Assembly (NCBI RefSeq): GCF_001050235.1 | Contig: NZ_DF967972.1 | Coordinates: forward strand, 806,171-870,170 | From: Longilinea arvoryzae | GTDB lineage: Bacteria; Chloroflexota; Anaerolineae; Anaerolineales; Anaerolineaceae | Direction: 5' to 3' | Length of the DNA: 64,000 bases | Shown: one piece after another, positions 1 to 8,375 of the stretch | Layout: the number at the start of each line of letters is the position of its first letter | How positions within the stretch are numbered: position 1 is the stretch's first letter | The notes under the pieces: model-generated | Database searches by the model: none | Told to the model about the DNA's origin: nothing | The model's input: only the letters and a program-made list of their open reading frames with translations | Position numbers and translations under genes: made by a program

Positions 1-33
1 TTCAGCATTCAGCATTCATCATTCAGCAATTCT

Positions 34-636
34 TCAGATCTTGCAATCCGCCAGCGCTCCCAGGACACTGTTCAACGTCGGATAATCGTCCCGTAATAGC
101 GTAATGAGTTCTTGGGATGCCTTGTTGACCCATTCGTCATTTCCGCATGCCTTTTGCGCCGCAGCCGTCTTCTGAATGTGCGCCGCAAGCAGTTCTCCGA
201 TGGGCAGCTCGGCGGCTCGCAGCACGTGCCGGAAGTATCCGAACCTTCCCGCGGCGGTGAAGCGGCACAGCTCGGCCTCGCTGCACGGGTAGATCGCGTC
301 CAGGGTCAGCGGCGGGCGCGGCGGCAGCAGGTGCGAGACGGCCCCGGCCTGCTCGTAGCCCACGAACAACACGCTCACCTCGACCGGCACGTTGCGGTTC
401 TCGCGGTTGTCGCGAATGACCTCCTCGGTGATCGCGTCGGAGGTGACCAACTGGCGCACCAGCCCGTCGTCGTCGATGTGAATGTCGTGAATCAGCCCGA
501 AGACCTGCAGCCCATCGGCCAGCGGGATGCGCACCAGGTCGCCGAAGGCCGGCGCGCTCAACTGCGAAACGCGGCAGCCCACCACGCAGCCGGTGATGCC
601 CGAGCGCAGCAGGCGTCCAATCTCGATTTCAGCCAT
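34..636 (-). CDS. Hypothetical protein (about 200 aa) with an N-terminal beta-barrel-like segment that may be a HAS-barrel; encoded immediately downstream of the NurA-like gene with an 8-nt overlap; no Walker motifs
   Basis: Long ORF; internal ATG at 636 preceded by a purine-rich RBS (aagggaag); start overlaps the NurA stop, consistent with translational coupling. The N-terminus (IEIGRLL..GCVVGCRV..GDLVRIPL) is barrel-like and the C-terminus helical. Assignment is by resemblance only. Confidence 0.45.
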   Translation of the reverse strand: MAEIEIGRLLRSGITGCVVGCRVSQLSAPAFGDLVRIPLADGLQVFGLIHDIHIDDDGLVRQLVTSDAITEEVIRDNRENRNVPVEVSVLFVGYEQAGAVSHLLPPRPPLTLDAIYPCSEAELCRFTAAGRFGYFRHVLRAAELPIGELLAAHIQKTAAAQKACGNDEWVNKASQELITLLRDDYPTLNSVLGALADCKI

Positions 637-1816
637 TGTATCTTCCCTTTCCGCCGGATATGGCGTTCTTGGCGTTTTGTTTGTGCGAGCCGCCTTCCGG
701 CTCGATGCCCTGTTTGCGCAGTTCGAAGGCAATCATGTCGCCGATCTGGCGCTTCTCCTCGAAAGTCACCACGGCAATCTCGTGGGCGCGGTGCAGTGCG
801 TAGGGATAGGCCCTGGGGCCCATCATGCGGCACTGCTCGAGCAGCACGGCGTGAATCGCGCCGGTGACGGCCGCATCTTCGGCAGCCCAGGCCGGGATCT
901 CGACGCGCGCCAGGTAGGGTCTGGCAGCGCCGACGTTGATGTAGAAAAAGTGCGGGCGGGCGGGTTCGCTGAACTCGCGCGCGTCGGTCGATTCGAGGGC
1001 AAAGACCGCCGAACGCTGCCCCGGTTCGAGCAGGCTGCCCAACAGGGCCACGTCGCTGACGCGCCTGAACGGGCGGTGGTCCCTGGCATTCGCCAGGTCA
1101 TCGGCAGGCGCGTCGGCCAGTTCGAGCAGGCGCACCAGCAGGTCGGCTCCGGGCTTGTCGACGTAGCCCGCCATGGCGATCTCGCGCCTGGCCATCTCGT
1201 CCGAGACGGCCAGAAAATCGGCAAAGGCGTCCTTCACCGCCTTGTCGGCGTTTGCGCCGGCCAGGTCGCGCGGCTTGCGATACAGCAGCGGCCCGTCGAC
1301 CAGCGCCAACACCAGATCATCCTCCTGCCTGGCCTTCTCCAGCAGGAAATTGCGCTCGCGCAGGTCGCGCTTGAGCGCCACCAGGTCCTCGTCGATCATG
1401 CCGCCCTGGGCCGGGTAGAGCTCGTCGTCGCTAAAGAGGTGCCCCTCCACGGATTCGCTCGGCGCCCCGCCGCCGCCCATGCGGAACAGCCCGACGTTGA
1501 TCAGGCCGAAGATGACCTCGTCGTGCCGCGATGGAGTCACCTGCGAGCCGTCCGCCGCCAGCACCACCGGCCGGGCGTGCCCGGTGGGCGGGCCGGCGTG
1601 GAAGTCGAGCGGCTCGGTGAGCGGGCGGGCGCAGCGCAGGCCGAACTGGCGCGCGGCAATCTCGACGCGCTGCTGCAGGAAATCGAGCTCGCCGGCATAC
1701 TGGCGGAGCAGCGCTCTGGCTTTCTCCAAACGGTCGGTCAGCTCGCGCTGCTTCAGGCCGGCCTGCGAGGCGTTTTCCTGGATCTGGCGCTTGATATCCT
1801 GATAATTGACGGGCAT
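629..1816 (-). CDS. NurA-like 5'-3' nuclease domain protein
   Basis: 395-aa ORF with motifs resembling NurA catalytic boxes (VVLAADGSQ near the N-terminus, LALVDGPLLY mid-protein); the size is typical of bacterial NurA. High-GC coding bias. Confidence 0.5.
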   Translation of the reverse strand: MPVNYQDIKRQIQENASQAGLKQRELTDRLEKARALLRQYAGELDFLQQRVEIAARQFGLRCARPLTEPLDFHAGPPTGHARPVVLAADGSQVTPSRHDEVIFGLINVGLFRMGGGGAPSESVEGHLFSDDELYPAQGGMIDEDLVALKRDLRERNFLLEKARQEDDLVLALVDGPLLYRKPRDLAGANADKAVKDAFADFLAVSDEMARREIAMAGYVDKPGADLLVRLLELADAPADDLANARDHRPFRRVSDVALLGSLLEPGQRSAVFALESTDAREFSEPARPHFFYINVGAARPYLARVEIPAWAAEDAAVTGAIHAVLLEQCRMMGPRAYPYALHRAHEIAVVTFEEKRQIGDMIAFELRKQGIEPEGGSHKQNAKNAISGGKGRYNG

Positions 1817-1920
1817 GGCAGCCTCGGATGGAACAAATGTTTGAGGATATTATAGCGTGAATTGGGGAGGAGGTATGCGTTGATGAGGTATGGGGTATGC
1901 GGTATGGGTATTCGGAAGGA

Positions 1921-1993
1921 GCCGCCGCGTAGGTTGGGTTGAGTGGCGTGAGCCCATGCCCGGATTGGACCTATACCGGAACGAAACCCAACA
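1921..1993. repeat. Copy A of a dispersed structured element with conserved ends CGCGTAGGTYGGGTTGAG ... CGAAACCCRACRTT, whose terminal 8-bp arms (gttgggtt/aacccaac) can pair
   Basis: Direct comparison with 42003-42098 shows about 20/23 identity at the 5' box and about 12/14 at the 3' box, with a variable internal hairpin region. Confidence 0.6.
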
Positions 1994-2098
1994 TTCCAAA
2001 CCGCCGCCATCGGATTTCTGATTGATATGCCGATGGTAAAGATTCGTTCATTGAATTCAAGAAGAATTCATAATGCATCCCTATTCCTTTGAACGCAT

Positions 2099-2461
2099 TT
2101 ATCCGGCTTTCATAATCACATTCTCTATCCAAAATTTGCGATACTTTTTTCGGGTTTCCAACACATATGGTAACCGCTGGGCAACCAGTTCCTCTTGCGT
2201 CATACCGTCGAATTGTAAACCGCGTTCGGCGGCATGCTCGAAGAAATGATTGTCTGCGGTGTTACAGAAGTTGCATGCAGCGACGATGAAGTCCGGATTG
2301 TCGCGATTAGGATGGCCTTTCGGCAGCAAATGATCCCAGGAGAGTGAGAGCCAGGTGTCGAAGGATTTTGTGCCGTCCGCGCCGCAGTAGCGGCATTTGA
2401 AACCGTCCCGGAGGAGGATCGTGTATGCATAACCTCGCAGGGCGTCATCGAATTTGGGCAT
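2099..2461 (-). CDS. HNH endonuclease (small standalone, about 120 aa)
   Basis: C-x2-C ... WDHLLP ... N ... C-N-F-C-N arrangement typical of the HNH/His-Me finger; AGGAGG RBS 5 nt upstream of the ATG at 2461; sits in an AT-rich patch. Confidence 0.8.
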   Translation of the reverse strand: MPKFDDALRGYAYTILLRDGFKCRYCGADGTKSFDTWLSLSWDHLLPKGHPNRDNPDFIVAACNFCNTADNHFFEHAAERGLQFDGMTQEELVAQRLPYVLETRKKYRKFWIENVIMKAG

Positions 2462-2617
2462 GGAACGCCTCCTGAAAGACCTATTCGTTTGAAAAAGCAC
2501 TATCGATGTGAAAATAAATGATTCCGAATACTACGTATGTAGCACAAAAGGTAGGAAATAGGCAACCTGCCAAAGGTGAAAATCAATCGATTCCACGCGT
2601 TGTACAATGGAGACACT

Positions 2618-3169
2618 ATGGACGATTCCGCACTGAGTTTTCCCATCCTGCACACCGGGCGGCTGCTGCTGCGCGAACTGCGCCCGGCCGACATCGCCCA
2701 ATTCCACCGCATCAAATACGACCCGGCCATCGTCAGCCACTACTACGCCAGACCCAAAACGTACGCCGAATCGCTGGCCAAGCTGGAGGCGCTGAGGACC
2801 GACAACCGCACACGCGAGTCGCTGACCTGGTGCATCGCGTCGATCGGCGAGCCGGACACGCTGATCGGCACGATCTGCCTGTGGAATTTTCGCCTGGCCG
2901 AAGAGGCCGCCGAGCTGGGCTACGAGCTGCTGCCGGAGTACCAGCGTAAAGGCATCATGAGCGAGGCGGCGCGCGGCGTGATCGCGTTTGGCTTTGCGGA
3001 GCTGGGGCTGCGCCTGATCGACGCGTACCCGAACCCGCAGAACGCGGCGTCGTGCGGATTGCTGGAGCGGCTGGGGTTCGAGAGGGTGGGGGTGCTGGAG
3101 GAGGAAGAGGCGGGGGAAGTGCGGAAGTATGTCCGGTATGAGATGGTTTTCGAAAAGGGAAAGGCTTGA
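2618..3169 (+). CDS. GNAT family N-acetyltransferase (RimJ/RimL-like)
   Basis: Acetyltransferase fold signature (LLLRELRP..D, ..GY.L..E.QRKGIMSEA..); high GC like the core genome. Confidence 0.75.
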   Translation: MDDSALSFPILHTGRLLLRELRPADIAQFHRIKYDPAIVSHYYARPKTYAESLAKLEALRTDNRTRESLTWCIASIGEPDTLIGTICLWNFRLAEEAAELGYELLPEYQRKGIMSEAARGVIAFGFAELGLRLIDAYPNPQNAASCGLLERLGFERVGVLEEEEAGEVRKYVRYEMVFEKGKA

Positions 3170-3243
3170 TCGGAAATGAGCTGTTCAGGCCGCGGTTTAG
3201 GAAGGTCGCGCGGTCGGGAGACCGGCGACAGCGGGACTCGAAA

Positions 3244-5037
3244 TTAGCCAAAATCTTGTAATGGAATATTTAATTGATCAATCATCCAATCTGGAAATCT
3301 ATTCCGAAGCAAATTCTCTTGTGTTCCAATCGGAACGCCAATTACTAATATTTTCCTGGGTCTTGTCATTGCCACATATGCAGTTCTGACCTCTTCATTA
3401 TTCAAATCATTTGTTGTTATTTGGGTAATATTTCCTTTCGCCCCTCCTCTGGTGCTGTCATTTACAATATATAAGACGGCTTCGTATGTTTTTCCTTTCG
3501 CGGCGTGAATGGTCTCAATAGTAATTCCATCGACAACAGATTCTGGATCAGAAAATAGTTTAGAAACGGGTTCATCGTAATAGGCGGTAAATTTATGGCG
3601 ATTCATCACTTGGTATTGTTTTATACTAAGATCTAATTTACCTCTGTCAACCTCTCTCCAACTAGGATGGGCATCAAACCACTCATGAAGTTTTCGTGTC
3701 CCATTTATCAACCATAACCTAAGTGCATCACCAGAATTTGGGAGTAATTTCATAATTTGCCATATACCTAAAGGCCATCCCGGATTTAGGTTTCTCGCTT
3801 CTATTTGATTTTCCAGATCGAATTTAGAGATATATCGATCTCCAAATAATATCCGAACTAATGCAGCTTCTGATGAGTTGTGAGATCTGATAATGTCGCC
3901 TTTATCGCGGTAATATGCAACCTGAGCGAGTAGCCGTGTAATAGCATGGTTCCAAGGATCACCCATATCAATAATATCTCTTAATTTTAATAATTGCCTA
4001 TTTGTCCGAACTAAAACAGATATCTCAGATGGTTTTATCTCTAATCCCTGCCTCTCACATAAATTGATAAAATCATTCTTTATGGTTGATAAATGATTTG
4101 GATCATATGTCACTAGTTTTGGGGGCAAACTGAAATTTGCATCAGTTCCTATTGCTTGTGATATATTTCGCAGTGAACTTGAAAAATTCTTAGTTAAGTT
4201 ACAAATTAGCTGTGAACTACGCCGATTCTGATCCAAATAATATGGTTCTTGCCATTCCAATTGACTTGTTTTTCTCATGAATATATCAGGTCTTGCGTCT
4301 CTCCACTCATATATTGCTTGATCTGGATCACCAACTAGCATGACCTCTGAAAGGCCATTCATTACGAGCAAATCGATAATCCTCATTTGAATTTCAGATG
4401 TATCTTGAGCCTCATCAATGATCATTTCTGGAAAACGAGTTGATAGAGATTTGGCAATTCCGGGATACCTTTCGAGAATTCTCATTGTAAAATATTCAGC
4501 ATCCGATTGAGTTGCAAGTCCCATTCTATTGAATCTATTTTTAAGGATCCGACAATGAGTAAAATCAAAAGGACAATTCACTAATCCACCAATAAGTCTG
4601 CCATTAATGTCGTATGAGAAATTCTCCAACTTGCATGAATAACATTTTTGATTTCCCCAATATAAATTGAGTTCTTTTTGATTCCATACATTGCTTCCCA
4701 TTCCAATTAAATTAGGCCTACCAGAACAGCCCATAACGAGATGACCGAATGGAAGAAATATAAATGTATTTATGAAATGATCAATTGTTCCAAGAAAATG
4801 TGGAAACGGAGGAGAGGGACTAAACCCATCGTTTATAAGATCACCGCTAATTTCAGAGTGAGCCACATTTGTGAACGATAGAGTCGCGATACCTGATGAT
4901 TGTCTTTTCCAATCCTTCATTCTTCGCATGAAACGAGTAGAAACAGTGAGAGTCTTTCCACTTCCAGGACAAGCAATTACAACAAATTTTCCTGCTCTAG
5001 TTACTGCCGGTAGTTGTTCGGGTGATAAAATAACCAT
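3244..5037 (-). CDS. UvrD/PcrA-like superfamily-1 DNA helicase (GajB-like partner of an OLD-family nuclease)
   Basis: Walker A (ACPGSGKT), Walker B (IIDEAQDTS), motif III (VGDPDQAIYEWR), motif V/VI (TIHAAKGKTYEAV, YVAMTRPRKILV). Low GC (about 40%). Confidence 0.85.
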   Translation of the reverse strand: MVILSPEQLPAVTRAGKFVVIACPGSGKTLTVSTRFMRRMKDWKRQSSGIATLSFTNVAHSEISGDLINDGFSPSPPFPHFLGTIDHFINTFIFLPFGHLVMGCSGRPNLIGMGSNVWNQKELNLYWGNQKCYSCKLENFSYDINGRLIGGLVNCPFDFTHCRILKNRFNRMGLATQSDAEYFTMRILERYPGIAKSLSTRFPEMIIDEAQDTSEIQMRIIDLLVMNGLSEVMLVGDPDQAIYEWRDARPDIFMRKTSQLEWQEPYYLDQNRRSSQLICNLTKNFSSSLRNISQAIGTDANFSLPPKLVTYDPNHLSTIKNDFINLCERQGLEIKPSEISVLVRTNRQLLKLRDIIDMGDPWNHAITRLLAQVAYYRDKGDIIRSHNSSEAALVRILFGDRYISKFDLENQIEARNLNPGWPLGIWQIMKLLPNSGDALRLWLINGTRKLHEWFDAHPSWREVDRGKLDLSIKQYQVMNRHKFTAYYDEPVSKLFSDPESVVDGITIETIHAAKGKTYEAVLYIVNDSTRGGAKGNITQITTNDLNNEEVRTAYVAMTRPRKILVIGVPIGTQENLLRNRFPDWMIDQLNIPLQDFG

Positions 5038-5047
5038 GCTAACCTTT

Positions 5048-7075
5048 TTAATCTGTTTCTATCACGGCTACATGTTCGATAACTTCAATAATATATTGCG
5101 GAATTGTAAATTGGGTGACGAAGTTACCTTGCTGATTTCGTTTGTTGAGTATAGTAGCCAGCCTTTGAGCAAACTCCGCCTTTGTATCTTTACAAGCTTG
5201 CCAAAAATAAATTGCTTTGAGACTAGGATCATCGATTGCAGCAAATAATCCTCTCAATTCAGCCGTTTTCCTTGGATGAATAGGATCAAGTGCTGATAAA
5301 AGCACAGGAAGATTTAGATCGATTTGTGCTAACTCAAATTCAAAAGTCTTATATGCCATTTTCACTAACAGGTTTTCATTTTGCAGACTCTGGGCTCTTT
5401 CTGCTCTTGGAGAAATATGCCCATTTGGTAACTTTGTCAATATCTCTTCAGGACTCATTTCATCAGTAATTCTGTTTACATCATCCTTTGAGGTGCAACG
5501 ATCATCATCAGTCATAATCACAGATCGAATGTTAATTCTTTTATTTTCATCTGGATCGTTGAAAAGAAGTGCGAAAGGTTCAAAGGCGGTTCCAGATATG
5601 TTTACTACCTCTATTGCATTTTGATCTAACCTTCTATTCATGCGATTTGCAAATATTGGCAGCAATAACGCTTCAGAGATTCCTTCTACAAATATTACGC
5701 CTCTAGAAAAGAAGAGCTGAGATTTGGTAGTATCCAAATATCGTCGTAAGTCATCCTTTTGATCCGGAAGGAGGGGACAATTTATTAGTCCAGTTACAAT
5801 TACTTTATCTTCCTCATTGTGGTTAATCAGTTGAATATTATCAATATCAGCTCTTGATACAAGAGTAGGTGAGTGCGATGTTACAAAGACTTGAACTGAG
5901 TTTGGGGCTGCTCCTCCATTTTGATTTGAGCAAACCCTCTTGAAAAAGTCAAACACCAAATTTTGTAATTGAGGGTGCAGATGGGATTCGGGTTCCTCAA
6001 TAAGAAGAGTGTTGTATGAACATGTTTCGACCTTTTTTAATTCTTGTAAGTCACCAAGTACTGTTCCCATATAAATCAGATTGTTATACCCCATACCATT
6101 CTGATCTAGCTCAAAATAAATAGTATGCTCCAATATTTCCGAATAAATTTCGAGGCCAATATTTTCTTTTTCTTGTTCGGACAACTCACTTATAGAAATA
6201 TAAACACTATTACCCACTACTGTTATTTTTCCATTCAATATCTGTTCAAGTGAATTATTTTGTGCAATCATTGATTGCCATGTTTTTTGGTTTAGAACTG
6301 CTTTTGTTTTATTATTATTGGGTGGAAGTAATGCACGTAAAGAATCGGTAACCCTACCAAAATCAGGTAAAACCAGCCCCAGATTGATATTCTGCTTTAG
6401 CCGGTTCCCTTCAATATCAAGAAGATGATCATTTATTACGGTGCTTGCCTGTTTCACCTTAGGTTCGTTTAAAATTTTTCGATTTGCCGTTTTTATATGG
6501 GCTAGTATTGCCTCTTTTTCATCATCGTTTTCTATCAGCTTTCTAACAAGCTTTCCAATCCTGCTACCCTTGCCTGGACGCAAATCACTTTCCGCATCAC
6601 GTAAAGCCCCAAGGTAATAATGATTTATGAATTCTAAAGTGCCGTAAGAAACAGGCTGACCTTGTTTTTCTCCACCCCATATCTGAGTATTTATTTTTTC
6701 AAATCCTTTAGTAGATTCCTTTTTTACCCTGATATGTAGTTGTGCAGTAAAAACAGCTCCTTCTACAACGAGCAATTCATAAAACCCAGCTTGTTCATCT
6801 TCATTCAAGTCAATAAAATTCAAATCAAAAGATATTTCACTCGCATAGATTCCATTTTCATCAAGATGAAAATCAGAGGTAGTAACAAAAATTTCTCTTT
6901 TCCCTATCCCCAAGCTAAACACAATCCTAAGCGCATCAATTAGGGACGATTTGCCTGAGTTATTTTCACCAATTATGATATTTACACCTGGCTGAAATGT
7001 GAAAACAATCCCAGTTTCATCAAAGCATCTAAAATTTTTAATAGCGATTTTTTGTAGATACATTTTTCCTCTCAA
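5048..7075 (-). CDS. OLD-family AAA/ABC-type ATPase with a C-terminal TOPRIM nuclease domain (GajA-like, Class 2 OLD)
   Basis: N-terminal Walker A (IIIGENNSGKSS), ABC-like Q-loop/signature, Walker B (LLIEEPESHLHPQ) and H-loop (VFVTSHSP); the C-terminus carries the TOPRIM motifs (VIFVEGISEALLLP, IMTDDD). Followed within 10 nt by the UvrD-like gene. Low GC. Confidence 0.85.
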   Translation of the reverse strand: MRGKMYLQKIAIKNFRCFDETGIVFTFQPGVNIIIGENNSGKSSLIDALRIVFSLGIGKREIFVTTSDFHLDENGIYASEISFDLNFIDLNEDEQAGFYELLVVEGAVFTAQLHIRVKKESTKGFEKINTQIWGGEKQGQPVSYGTLEFINHYYLGALRDAESDLRPGKGSRIGKLVRKLIENDDEKEAILAHIKTANRKILNEPKVKQASTVINDHLLDIEGNRLKQNINLGLVLPDFGRVTDSLRALLPPNNNKTKAVLNQKTWQSMIAQNNSLEQILNGKITVVGNSVYISISELSEQEKENIGLEIYSEILEHTIYFELDQNGMGYNNLIYMGTVLGDLQELKKVETCSYNTLLIEEPESHLHPQLQNLVFDFFKRVCSNQNGGAAPNSVQVFVTSHSPTLVSRADIDNIQLINHNEEDKVIVTGLINCPLLPDQKDDLRRYLDTTKSQLFFSRGVIFVEGISEALLLPIFANRMNRRLDQNAIEVVNISGTAFEPFALLFNDPDENKRINIRSVIMTDDDRCTSKDDVNRITDEMSPEEILTKLPNGHISPRAERAQSLQNENLLVKMAYKTFEFELAQIDLNLPVLLSALDPIHPRKTAELRGLFAAIDDPSLKAIYFWQACKDTKAEFAQRLATILNKRNQQGNFVTQFTIPQYIIEVIEHVAVIETD

Positions 7076-7567
7076 ATAGCTTAATCAGACTGGTTGCCAG
7101 ATTTCAAACCCCATTTTCTCTAGGAATTTTGTTATCTATAAACAAACTCATTAAAATAATTAAAGGGTTACATAAATTTACGCGATTGCTTATAAGTTTG
7201 ACTTTAACTTTATAAACGAACATTAACATTTGTCAATAGTATTAACTTTAATCATTCTATAACCTATACCAACGATGTCAAGCTGATTTTTGGATCATTT
7301 TTAATTGTTCTTATCCTAAGTTTCATTCCTCTCTTATAAGATAACAAAATCACCACCGCGTTCACTGCCGCAGTTTACGCCTCATTGGTAACCTCTGCTT
7401 CCGCACCTTTTTACCGTCTTACTCACTTGACGTGTCCATCTCCTGGTGCGTTTGTTGCCACCTCCGTCGCTATAACCGAATTTGAAATGATTAATTGAAA
7501 AAACTCCGCTCTCGGCGCATAATATATTCAGAAACCACCCCCTCGTTTCCCGTAGAAGGAGGGCGCC

Positions 7568-7873
7568 ATGTCCGTGACGGTCGAAGAACTCGTTTCCGCC
7601 TGCTTCGATGAGCTGCAAATGGGGCAGCGCTTCGTGCCTTATATCCGGCGCGCCGAAGAGGCCGGCTTTCCGCAACTAGCCAAGCTCTTCCGCGTCCTGG
7701 TCGCCAGCGAAACCGTCCGCGATACGCTTCTCCGCCAGGGGCTGCTGCACCACGCGGACCTGGAAGGGGACTATTTCGTCTGCCCACACTGCGGGCTGAT
7801 TTTTCATTTCGAACATCCCGATCAATGCCCGGTCGACGAAACCCCCGGCGCCACCTTTATCGCCATCCGGTAA
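7568..7873 (+). CDS. Hypothetical small protein with a CPHCG...C/H metal-binding (zinc-ribbon-like) C-terminus
   Basis: Strong RBS (gaaggaggg) before the ATG; 101 aa; C-x2-C plus downstream His/Cys. Confidence 0.5.
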   Translation: MSVTVEELVSACFDELQMGQRFVPYIRRAEEAGFPQLAKLFRVLVASETVRDTLLRQGLLHHADLEGDYFVCPHCGLIFHFEHPDQCPVDETPGATFIAIR

Positions 7874-7903
7874 CACCCTGCTCCCGCGCGAAAGGAGTCA
7901 GCC

Positions 7904-8020
7904 ATGTCGCTGCTGCCCGCCTTCTCCATGCCTTTGCTGCCCTCGCTGAAGAAGCTGCCGGGCGATGCGAAGTGCGACGCCAGGCGCTTACAACCCTTTC
8001 CCCATCCTCACGTATATTGA
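7904..8020 (+). CDS. Candidate 38-aa small ORF (MSLLPAFSMPLLPSLKKLPGDAKCDARRLQPFPHPHVY), absent from the supplied ORF track
   Basis: AAAGGAG Shine-Dalgarno 6 nt upstream of the ATG; sits between two other small RBS-preceded genes on the same strand. Confidence 0.25.
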   Translation: MSLLPAFSMPLLPSLKKLPGDAKCDARRLQPFPHPHVY

Positions 8021-8056
8021 ATCATGACAAGTCAACTCAACGAAAGGGAATCAACC

Positions 8057-8272
8057 ATGTCTACTGAATCTTGCGAACACGGACACACCCGCACCCGGGT
8101 CGTCCGCCAGGACGGCGCGTCGGGAGCAGTGTACGGACTGGGCTTCATCGGCGCCTGCGTGTACTTCATCGGGCAGGCCACCACATTCTGGCTGGGCGTG
8201 CTGGGCTTCCTCAAGGCGCTGGTCTGGCCGGCGTTCTTGGTGTTCGAGGCCCTGAAGGCGCTGTATCATTAA
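8057..8272 (+). CDS. Hypothetical small membrane protein (72 aa, two predicted TM helices)
   Basis: RBS (gaaagggaa) before the ATG at 8057; hydrophobic GLGFIGACVYFIG...WLGVLGFL segments. Confidence 0.45.
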   Translation: MSTESCEHGHTRTRVVRQDGASGAVYGLGFIGACVYFIGQATTFWLGVLGFLKALVWPAFLVFEALKALYH

Positions 8273-8375
8273 GAAGAAAGAAGAACGACTGACGTCGTTA
8301 CTACAGATTCAACCGGTGGTAAGGGCAATTCATGAATTGCCCTTACCATCGGCCTGTTCATCCTGAATATCCTGT

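Noticed and set aside
112-1855. Long plus-strand ORFs (112-867, 527-1855) overlapping the minus-strand NurA-like genes
   Set aside because: Antisense ORFs in high-GC DNA. The translations are Arg/Ala/Gly-rich and low-complexity; the minus-strand frames carry recognisable motifs.
7080-7560. AT-rich 480-bp region to the right of the Gabija island as a possible tRNA or att integration site
   Set aside because: No tRNA-like cloverleaf (no GTTCRA T-loop or acceptor pairing) and no convincing direct repeat shared with the left island edge at about 3170-3240. It is best interpreted as the promoter/leader of the island.
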